This document shows, in pieces, positions 9,399 to 17,243 of a stretch of 64,000 nucleotides of DNA. Within the stretch, counting starts at the first letter, position 1. Every line of letters starts with the position of its first letter. The stretch is from positions 3,808,001-3,872,000 of the forward strand of contig CBDFKD010000002.1 in assembly GCA_965248695.1 (NCBI GenBank). The letters are read 5' to 3'. This DNA comes from Acidobacteriota bacterium. GTDB lineage: Bacteria > Acidobacteriota > UBA890 > WLXD01. The position numbers were made by a program, and so were the translations under genes. The notes under the pieces are model-generated. The model saw nothing but the letters and a program-made list of their open reading frames with translations. It was not told where the DNA came from and made no database searches.

Positions 9399-10262
9399 TC
9401 AGGAACCGGGGTTATGCACCACTGGGTTCTCGAGCCGCAGGCCGGCGTCCTGCTCCGCGGCGTAGCCCTGCAGGTCTTGGAACTCCGGCGGCGGTCTGGA
9501 GATAAAGCGACAGCCGCACGCGACCGGGGGCGCTCAGTTGGATCGGTACCTCGACTCGCTCTCCCGGCGCCGCAAGCACGACGGTCTCCGATCGGCCTTC
9601 TGCATCGGTGCGCACGTGTAGCGTCCCGGAGCTCGGCAGCGGTCGTCCATAAGGGTCGACGCGGCGCAGGGACAGCATTGCCCCGGGGTTCAAGTCGAGC
9701 TCGAAGTCGGCCCCTGACAGGTAGGGGAGGATCAGACCCCGTCCACCCCCGGGGGTTCCAGGCGTGGCAGGGCGGTCACGGTGGGGTCGAAGAAACGGAT
9801 GCTGTCGACGGCGAATCGTAACGAGGTGCCGGTGGAGCGCTCGTCGTCGGGAGGTCGGTCGAACTCCAGGGAGAGCTCGTTGGCACCCACGCTCAGGAAA
9901 CGGGTCGGCAACGGCACCACGTAGTCTTGCCAACCCGCCAGCACGTCCACGGACGTGGGCAGCGTCACGCCGTTGTGCCGCAAGAAAAGGGTCGAGACTA
10001 CCGGCGTTTCACCGACCACGTGTGGCCGCGCACGGATCCGCAGGCGATGCGGTTGGGATTCGATCTGAAAGAACCGAATCGAGGCCTGCGACCCGCGCGC
10101 CCACACGAACGTCTCGTCCTCGCGCTGGGCCCAGCGCTCGTCGATGGGCGACCAGCCATCAACGAGGTGGCGGCGCGCCGCTGGACTCCCGAGGTCGATT
10201 GTCTCGGTCTCGACGAAGATATCGGCCGTTTGATCGGCCAATCCGAGGAAACGGACTCCACG
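9399..10262 (-). pseudogene. Frameshifted internal fragment of an extracellular protein, resembling the N-terminal region of acidobacterial sulfatase-like proteins
   Basis: ETIDLGSPAARRHLVDGWS..TFVWARG; frame changes near 9750 and 9495; ends GLRLENPVVHNPGS*; no start codon, no catalytic domain. Confidence 0.5.
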
Positions 10263-10266
10263 CCGG

Positions 10267-10690
10267 TCACGCGTTTACAGCGTCATCTAAGGCGTCGGCG
10301 ACGGCTTCGAGTTGCTGGCGAGAGATACCAGCGGTTTCCATCGCGCGGAATAGCGCAGGTCGAAGCCGGGCTTCCATCGCACGCACGACCTCGCCCGTCT
10401 TCATGTCGCGCCACTGGTCCGGCGAGCGGTTCTTCAAAAAGAAGATCATCGCCGTTACGTTGCCACCCAACGCTTTGGCGTGCAGAGCGTTCTCAACCGC
10501 ACCGACAGCACCCCGCTGGGCATCCCCAACCTGTTCTCTGAACTCGGGGTGTTTCTGCTCATGGTCGTATAGCGTCTGGCGATGACACCCCGACGACGGT
10601 CGCAGCTTCAGCCTTCCCCATGCCGGCTTTGATCGCTTTGACGACATCGTTCTTTTTAATGTCGTCAAGTTTGACGCATCTCCGCACCGG
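10267..10690 (-). pseudogene. Phage small-terminase-like HTH protein with one frameshift
   Basis: KLDDIKKNDVVKAIKAGMGKAEAATVVGV / HRQTLYDHEQKHPEFREQV..VENALHAKALGGNVTAMIFFLKNRSPDQWRD; frame change near 10585. Confidence 0.7.
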
Positions 10691-10789
10691 TGTGGTCTGG
10701 CCGTGGTCTTTGCAATGGTTGCTACCGAGCACAGCCGGTTTCTTACACCGGCCGCCCCGTGCTGTGATCCCTTACATCGCACGGCGTCT

Positions 10790-10932
10790 ATCCCACTCGA
10801 TCCTACTGACTGGGTCATCGCTGTCCTGCCCATCGTGACCGCAGGGGAGATGGATCCCGCCATCGCCGCGCTGAACAAAGGCCTGGCCCTGACGCTGACG
10901 GCGCGACTGGCGCGGCTCTCCCGCAAGTACGG
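10790..10932 (+). pseudogene. About 140-bp internal fragment of a TolB-N/FlgO-like domain, as in kinase or adenylate-cyclase TPR proteins
   Basis: WVIAVLPIVTAGEMDPAIAALNKGLALTLTARLARL resembles the IAVLPF...GLAEELITRL motif. Confidence 0.45.
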
Positions 10933-10939
10933 CCCTACA

Positions 10940-11055
10940 GCACCGACGGCTTTCGCGACCTCGCTGTCCGTTTTTCCTGCCAACAGCAGATCGATGGCGT
11001 TCGCTTGGCGGACTGACAATTCCTTCTGTCGGGATGGGTCGGGTTTCGTCGGCAT
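10940..11055 (-). pseudogene. 5' fragment of phage/satellite-type HTH DNA-binding protein
   Basis: MPTKPDPSRQKELSVRQANAIDLLLAGKTDSEVAKAVG, broken before the recognition helix. Confidence 0.6.
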
Positions 11056-11156
11056 CGTCAACTTGTTGGACTGTCCGGCTCTATCGCTCGCCGGGGTTGG
11101 GCATCGTGACACCTCGGACAGATTGTGACACGAGTAACGTGGCCTGATCTATCCCG

Positions 11157-11357
11157 ATCGAGAAAGGCGACTACGCCGACCTCGTCTTGTTCGACCCGGC
11201 GACGGTGATCGATCGCTCCACGGTCGAGGAGCCGCACCTTTCGTCGGCCGGAATTGATACTGTCTGGGTCAACGGGCAGATCGTGTACCAAAACGGAGAG
11301 ACCACTGGGAACCGGCCCGGGATGCCGATTCGCCGGGTTTCCGAAGGAGGAGGATGA
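11157..11357 (+). pseudogene. 3' fragment of D-aminoacylase, homolog of 61771..63339
   Basis: IEKGDYADLVLFDPATVIDRSTVEEPHLSSAGIDTVWVNGQIVYQNGETTGNRPGMPIRRVSEGGG* aligns with the C-terminus of the intact gene. Confidence 0.9.
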
Positions 11358-12517
11358 TGTCTGAGCGCATGACGCGCCGCGCCGCGACGAAGGCCGGTGC
11401 GATCGTCGCCGGATCGATGGTGGTCGGTGTGCCGAATTGGGCGCTGGCCGCGATGTCGCAAGACGAAACGGTTCCGTTCACCGACATGCCGGACGGGTTC
11501 GAAACCAACCCGACGCCAATCGTTCGGTTCGTAGATATCCGCGAGATCGACGAATTCTTTACGCCGGCCGACCAGTTCTTCACCGTTCAGCACTACGGGC
11601 ATCCTGAAGTGGACGCCGCGACCCACGAGCTCGAGATCAGCGGGCAAGTGTCGCGGCCTCAGAAGCTGTCTATGGCGGACATCCGTCGACGCCCGCGCAC
11701 GGAGCTGGCCTGCGCGTTCGAGTGCTCCGGCAACAGCCGCCGCCGCTTCCACGGGCTGGTCAGCAACGGCCGCTGGGGCGGTACGAGTCTGCGCGCGTTG
11801 CTCGACGAGGTGGGCGTCGAGCCGGCCGGCAAGGAAGTGGTCTTCTTCGGTGCCGATGTGGGAACCGAGACGATCGAGAAGCGGGGTAGTAGCTGGCTGG
11901 TCGATCAGCAATACGCCCGCAGCATGTCGCTCGAAGACGCCATGCGCGAGGACACCGTGCTGGTGTACGAGCTCAACGGCGAGCCGCTGAGCATCCATCA
12001 GGGAGCGCCGCTGCGGCTGATCATCCCGGGCTGGTACGGCGTTGCCCAGGTCAAATGGCTCAAGCAGATCCACGTGCAGGAAGGCCGATTCATGGGCAAG
12101 TTCATGGCCAACCACTACGTCACGCTGACGGCCAAGCAGGTGGGAGGCAGCCTCAAGTACATGGAGACCTCGGTCACCCGCATCCAGCTGAAGTCGGCCA
12201 TCGCCCGGGTCACGCGCGCTGCCGACCATCACACCGTGCACGGGTTCGCCTTGACCGACGGGACGCCGCTGGCTCGGGTGGAGGTGAAGATCGACGACGG
12301 GCCCTGGGAGCAAGTGACGCTGGATCCGCGCAATACGAAGTACTCCTGGAAGCTCTTTGCCTACCGTTGGGAAGGTGCCACGGCAGGGGAGCACACCGTC
12401 GTGTCGCGCGCCATCGATGCGAATGGCAGGGTACAGCCGGTGCTGGAGGACCTGGCCGAGAAGAGGACCAGCTGGGAGAACAACGCCCAGTTCGCGCGCA
12501 CGGTAATGATCTCGTGA
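11354..12517 (+). CDS. Sulfite oxidase family molybdopterin-dependent oxidoreductase with Tat signal
   Basis: MTRRAA twin-Arg; FECSGN (Mo-ligating Cys), NGEPLSIHQGAPLRLIIPGWYGVAQVKWL, SRAIDANGRVQP. Confidence 0.92.
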   Translation: MMSERMTRRAATKAGAIVAGSMVVGVPNWALAAMSQDETVPFTDMPDGFETNPTPIVRFVDIREIDEFFTPADQFFTVQHYGHPEVDAATHELEISGQVSRPQKLSMADIRRRPRTELACAFECSGNSRRRFHGLVSNGRWGGTSLRALLDEVGVEPAGKEVVFFGADVGTETIEKRGSSWLVDQQYARSMSLEDAMREDTVLVYELNGEPLSIHQGAPLRLIIPGWYGVAQVKWLKQIHVQEGRFMGKFMANHYVTLTAKQVGGSLKYMETSVTRIQLKSAIARVTRAADHHTVHGFALTDGTPLARVEVKIDDGPWEQVTLDPRNTKYSWKLFAYRWEGATAGEHTVVSRAIDANGRVQPVLEDLAEKRTSWENNAQFARTVMIS

Positions 12518-13208
12518 CACGCGGCGCTCGCGGCGCGCTCGCGGCCACGCTAGCCGCGTTGTTCGTGACCGGCTCGGCCGCCCGGTTCCAGGTGGACACG
12601 GAGCCGCTGGCGCTCCCTTCGAGGAGCCGACGGGTCGTGCAGCAGGCCGGACAGGGACGCTACGTACCTACGGGGCATCTCGTGTATCACGAGCGGGAAC
12701 CCTGTTTGCCGTCGCGTTTGATCTGGGAGAGCTGGAAGTGAAGGGCTCGGCGGTATCCCATCGTGCAGGGGCTTGCCACCTTTGGGCGATTGGATATCGG
12801 ACAGCTCAGCTTCTCAAGTACAGGAACACTGGCCTATCTGAGCGAGGCCGTTGCTCAGGGGTATCCCGTCGTATGGGTAAACCGGCAGGGCAACACGACA
12901 CCGCTGTGGGATGAGCCTGGCTTCTACTTTTCTCCTCGGTTGTCGCCGGACGGCACACGGCTGGCCGTGGCAAAAACCTCGCGCAACGCAAACGCTGACG
13001 TGTGGATCTATGACATCCAGCGGGGTGTGCCGACAAGGCTGACGTTTGATGAAGCGGTCGACAGCTAACCTGTTTGGTCGCCCGACGGGCAGTTTCTCGC
13101 ATTCCTGTCGAACTGCGACGGAACACAGAACATCTAACGGACTCGTGCCGACGGCTCGGGAACTGTCGAGCGGCTGATAGAGAGCGACATGGTACCCTTC
13201 CCGAATTG
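12514..13208 (+). pseudogene. Chimeric remnant: signal-peptide start fused to a degraded TolB-like propeller from a Ser/Thr kinase gene
   Basis: VTRGARGALAATLAALFVTGSAA joined to GRYVPTGHLVY...FSSTGTLAYL..WVNRQG..PRLSPDGTRLAV..WSPDGQFLAF, with frameshifts and stops; same family as 49613..52288. Confidence 0.75.
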
Positions 13209-13384
13209 GGGGCCAGGCCGGTTGACGCTGGGGAGGCTCCTGACGGTGCCTCCGTTGGATCTCGCACGCTCCGGCGATACGCTTCAGGCGACACTATATC
13301 TGGGAGGATTCTCGCAGGGCGGCGCCGCGTCCCGCCCACGGAAAGCGTCCCGCACCGCCCGGTCGATCGCCGCGACCCCTGACG

Positions 13385-15820
13385 ATGGAGGCGAGTAGGA
13401 TGCCGAGCTTCGAGCGCGGTCGGCGTGCGCCGCGACGTAGCAGGGTGCTGGCAGCGCTCGCCGCTGTCGCGTCCGTGTGGGCGATCGTCCTGCTGACGAT
13501 CGGCTGTGGCCCGGGAGCGTCCCCGGGGGCGCGCCTCGAGCAGCTCCGCGGCGACCGCAAGCTCAACGTCCTGCTGGTGACGCTCGACACGACGCGCGCC
13601 GATCGTCTCGGCGTGTACGGCTTCGACGAGGTCGACACACCTGTTATCGATGGTCTTGCCGCCCGCGGCGTCACCTTCATGCGCGCCTACGCCTCGACGC
13701 CGCTGACGCTGCCCTCGCACACGTCGCTGTTCACCGGGACCCACCCGCCCTACCACGGGGTGCGCGACAACGGCGTGCACGTCGCGCCGGAAGGTCTGCA
13801 AACCCTGGCCGAGAGCTTCCAGCAGGCCGGCTACCGCACCGGCGCCTTCGTCGGGGCCTTCGTCCTAGACTCTCGCTGGGGCCTGGCCCAGGGGTTCGAC
13901 CGCTACTTCGACGAGTTCGAGTTGCCCAAACAGCAAGAGATCTTTCTGGGCCGCGTGCAGCGTCCCGGATCGGAGGTCATCGATACCGCCCTGGCGTGGG
14001 CCCGCGAGGACGACACGACCCCGTTCCTCATGTGGGTGCACCTGTACGATCCGCACAGCCCGTACGAGCCGCCCGAGCCCTTCAGGTCGCGATACGCCGA
14101 CCGGCCCTACGTCGGTGAGATCGCCTGGACCGACTCCTTGGTCGGCAGGCTGACCTCGTGGCTGGACGACTCCGGCCAATCCGACGAGACCTACGTCGTG
14201 GTGGCAGCCGATCACGGCGAGGCTCTCGGTGAGCACGGGGAGAGCGAGCACGGGTTGCTGCTGTACGAGTCCGCCATCCGGGTACCGCTGATCATCGCCA
14301 CCCCGTTTGACGAGCCGCAGGGAATCCAGCGCCACGAGCTGGTCTCGTTGATCGACGTCATGCCGACCGTGCTGGAGTTGACCGGGCTGGAGACCCCCGA
14401 GGAAGTACACGGCAGCAGCCTGGTTCCTCTGTTTACCGAGGCGGCCGAGGTCGAGGGCAGGCCCGACGAGCGCGTCTATGCCGAGACCTTCTACCCGCGC
14501 CTGCATTTCGGCTGGAGCGAGCTCCAGGCGATCCTCGAGCCCACCCACAAGCTCATCATCTCGCCGGACCCCGAGCTCTACGATCTTCTGCAGGACCCCG
14601 AGGAACAGCAGAACCTCGCATCACAGCGCGCCGCCACGGCAGAGGCGCTGCGCCGGGAGGCCGAGGAGCTGGTGGCGCGGCTCGAGGAGAACGCCAACCC
14701 GGCGGACACTGTTACGCTCGACCAGGAGACTCTCCAGCGGCTCGCCGCACTAGGCTACATCGGCGGCTACAGCGCTGACGCGGACGACCCGGACGTCGAG
14801 CGCGCCAACCCGAAGGACAAAGTCGAGATCTACAACGACCTGCTCCTGGCCCGCGGTCTGACCGTCAATAACGAACTGGCCGAGGCCGAGGTGCTCCTGC
14901 GGGGGGTCATCGCCGAGGATGCCGGAGTGGTCGACGCGCACCAGTCGCTCGGCAACCTGCTCTTCGAGCAGCTCCGCTACGACGAAGCGATCGAGGCCTT
15001 CGAGACCGCACTCTCGATGCGGCCCGAAGATGCGGCCCTGGTGCTCTTTCTCACCAGCACGCAGATGCAGGCCGGCCGGATGAACGAGGCCGAGAAGGTG
15101 TTGCTGGACTTCATTGACGTAGTCGAGCCGCCGGATGCCCGGCTGTACATCAGCCTCGGGCGCATCAAGCAGACCAGGCGCTCATACGACGAGGCGGCGA
15201 CCTATTTCAACGAGGCGTTGCGCCTCAGCGAGGATGCTCCGGCGAACAACATCATGGCCGCCGCGCACGTCGGGCTTGGGGCCGTGCACCTGGCCGCCGG
15301 CCGCCCGCGCCTGGCGGAGGAACACCTGAACCTGGCGCGCGGCTTAAACGATACCCTCGCCGATCTGCACTACCAGCGCGGGTTGCTGTTCCAGACCCGG
15401 GGACAGCCGGACGAGGCGATCGCCGCCTACCGCCGCGAGCTCGAGAACGCGCCGGGCAACGTCGATGCCGCCTTCAAACTCGGCGTCATCTACCGCAACC
15501 GCGGCAACCTCGTCGAGGAGGAGCGCTACCTGCGTATGGCCCTCGAAATCGACCCGCAGTTCGCCAGTGGGCGCCTGTTCCTCGCCCGCATCTACCTGTT
15601 GAAGAACGAGCGTCTCGACGAGGCCGTGTCGCTCGTCGAGGGGGCGCTTGAGCGACTCGAGTCGTCGACTGCGCGTGGGGTGCCGCAAGAGATCATCAGG
15701 CAGGACCAGGCGCTGGGCCATCTCTTGCTCGCCGACATCTACAATCGACTCGGAAGAAACGAGCTGTCCAACCAGCACGCGCGTCTTGGGATGCAGCTGC
15801 GTACCGGGACACCGCGCTGA
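13385..15820 (+). CDS. Sulfatase-like hydrolase/transferase with C-terminal TPR repeats
   Basis: NVLLVTLDTTRADRLG, PLTLPSHTSLFTG, WVHLYDPH, DHGEALGEHGE, LAALGY, then TPR repeats. Confidence 0.92.
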   Translation: MEASRMPSFERGRRAPRRSRVLAALAAVASVWAIVLLTIGCGPGASPGARLEQLRGDRKLNVLLVTLDTTRADRLGVYGFDEVDTPVIDGLAARGVTFMRAYASTPLTLPSHTSLFTGTHPPYHGVRDNGVHVAPEGLQTLAESFQQAGYRTGAFVGAFVLDSRWGLAQGFDRYFDEFELPKQQEIFLGRVQRPGSEVIDTALAWAREDDTTPFLMWVHLYDPHSPYEPPEPFRSRYADRPYVGEIAWTDSLVGRLTSWLDDSGQSDETYVVVAADHGEALGEHGESEHGLLLYESAIRVPLIIATPFDEPQGIQRHELVSLIDVMPTVLELTGLETPEEVHGSSLVPLFTEAAEVEGRPDERVYAETFYPRLHFGWSELQAILEPTHKLIISPDPELYDLLQDPEEQQNLASQRAATAEALRREAEELVARLEENANPADTVTLDQETLQRLAALGYIGGYSADADDPDVERANPKDKVEIYNDLLLARGLTVNNELAEAEVLLRGVIAEDAGVVDAHQSLGNLLFEQLRYDEAIEAFETALSMRPEDAALVLFLTSTQMQAGRMNEAEKVLLDFIDVVEPPDARLYISLGRIKQTRRSYDEAATYFNEALRLSEDAPANNIMAAAHVGLGAVHLAAGRPRLAEEHLNLARGLNDTLADLHYQRGLLFQTRGQPDEAIAAYRRELENAPGNVDAAFKLGVIYRNRGNLVEEERYLRMALEIDPQFASGRLFLARIYLLKNERLDEAVSLVEGALERLESSTARGVPQEIIRQDQALGHLLLADIYNRLGRNELSNQHARLGMQLRTGTPR

Positions 15821-15822
15821 CG

Positions 15823-17055
15823 ATGCACGCGACGGTAGTGCGAATCAGCTTGCACGTCGTCGTCTGCTCTTTCCTGGCCGCTCCGATCCTCCGCGGCTCG
15901 AGTCCGGAGGCGTCGGCCTGGCCGGGTGGGTTGGATGCGCGCCCGGTAACCGGACAGGAAACGGAGACCGCGCAGACGCCAGCGGAGGAGTTCGACGAGG
16001 CGATGCAGGCCGGTGCGGCGGCGCTGCAGAACGGCGACTTCGAGTCGGTTCTCAGGGCGACGACGGCGTTCGAGCGAGCCCACGAGCTGCGTCCGGAGAA
16101 CGTCGAGACCTGCCTGGCGCTGGGTCGCGCCTACCGCCGTCTCACCCTCCATAACAAGACGATCGCGCTCGTCGACGAGTGTCAGGCCGCCGGTGGCCGT
16201 GACCCGAACCTCGAGCTGTTGAGGGGTCGGACGCTGCGGCAAATGGGCATGGGGTCGGAGGCGCGAGCCGCCTTCGAGGCGGCCACGATGGTCGGCGCCG
16301 TGGAAGCGCGCTTCGATCTCGGCATGCTGGCGTGGGCAGAGGGCGATCTCGACGTCGCGGTGGAGCAGCTCGAGGCGATGATCCGGCTGCGCCCGCGCCA
16401 AGCGCTGGCATACGTGCGCCTTGCCGAGGTGTACATCGATCGCCAGGAGCTCTCGGCCGCCGAGGAGCTGCTCCGACGTGTCCTCGGGATGCATGCCTGC
16501 TGCGCCGCGCAGGCGCACCAGCTGCTCGGTTCCGTTCTGTACAAGGCCGGGGACCTGGAGGGTGCGGTGACGCACGGGCGCGAGGCAAGCAAGCTCGACG
16601 CCGGGCTGAAACTGGCCCACTACAACCTGGCGCTAGCCCTTCGCGACAGCGGTCAGCGGGAGCAGGCCCGACAGATGATGCAGCGCTTCCAGGAGATGAC
16701 CAGGGCCGAGCGCCAGCGCGAGCTCCAGCAGAATCGCGCCATGCAGATCGGCGTGCTGAACGCGCAGGGGCTCTACTACTTCCGCCGAGACCATCCGGCC
16801 GAGGCGCTGGAGCTCTTCGAGACCGCGGTCTTGGTGGCGCCCGACGACGCATTGATCCACTTCAACATCGGCCTGTGCATGGCAGCACTCGGCCAGCACG
16901 AAGGTGCGATCACGGCACTGGAGCGGGCGCGCCAGCTCCAGCCGGAGCGTGCGGAGACGTACGAGGTTCTCGCCGCCGCCTACCGTGCGCTGGGCCGGGC
17001 GCGGGATGCACAGCGCATCGACGAGCTGCGCCAGCGGATCGAGAGACAGCACTGA
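15823..17055 (+). CDS. TPR repeat protein, exported
   Basis: Signal-like N-terminus; multiple TPR motifs (AHYNLALAL, IHFNIGLCM); 2 bp after the upstream stop. Confidence 0.85.
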   Translation: MHATVVRISLHVVVCSFLAAPILRGSSPEASAWPGGLDARPVTGQETETAQTPAEEFDEAMQAGAAALQNGDFESVLRATTAFERAHELRPENVETCLALGRAYRRLTLHNKTIALVDECQAAGGRDPNLELLRGRTLRQMGMGSEARAAFEAATMVGAVEARFDLGMLAWAEGDLDVAVEQLEAMIRLRPRQALAYVRLAEVYIDRQELSAAEELLRRVLGMHACCAAQAHQLLGSVLYKAGDLEGAVTHGREASKLDAGLKLAHYNLALALRDSGQREQARQMMQRFQEMTRAERQRELQQNRAMQIGVLNAQGLYYFRRDHPAEALELFETAVLVAPDDALIHFNIGLCMAALGQHEGAITALERARQLQPERAETYEVLAAAYRALGRARDAQRIDELRQRIERQH

Positions 17056-17134
17056 CGAGCTGCGTCAGCAGATCGAGGGACAGCATCGAGGGACAGCACT
17101 GACGAGCTGCGCCAGCAGATCGAACGACAGCACC
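17020..17134. repeat. Three diverged tandem copies of the 34-bp 3' end of the TPR gene
   Basis: GACGAGCTGCG(C/T)CAGC(G/A)GATCGAnnGACAGCAC at 17020, 17054 (with an internal 13-bp duplication) and 17101. Confidence 0.9.
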
Positions 17135-17243
17135 AGCAGGGTGCGGCTCAGTCAGCGATGGCCCTCGAGGTCATCGTCGATCCGCAGGGCCGGCTCCCGG
17201 CCCTGGATCACCGCACCCCACTTTGTCGTTGCGTGTCAGCGAA

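Noticed and set aside
10267-11112. 281-aa ORF as a single gene
   Set aside because: It is a chance read-through of an HTH fragment, the antisense of a host fragment, and the TerS-like C-terminus
13190-13196. Fourth TGGTACC arm motif
   Set aside because: Single heptamer with no tandem partner, inside the kinase-propeller remnant
13286-13300. Further GACACTA/TAGTGTC-like matches (13289, 30589, 56683) as extra recombination sites
   Set aside because: They lack the rest of the 19-bp motif and the N8 inverted partner; their position upstream of genes fits -10 promoter boxes
6737-13380. Integron with gene cassettes
   Set aside because: No attC-like GTTRRRY/RYYYAAC hairpins seen, the pieces are gene fragments in mixed orientation, and the integrase remnant is too short to show the IntI-specific insertion
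17020-17134. Possible mini CRISPR array
   Set aside because: Units are adjacent with no unique spacers, derive from coding sequence, and no cas genes are present
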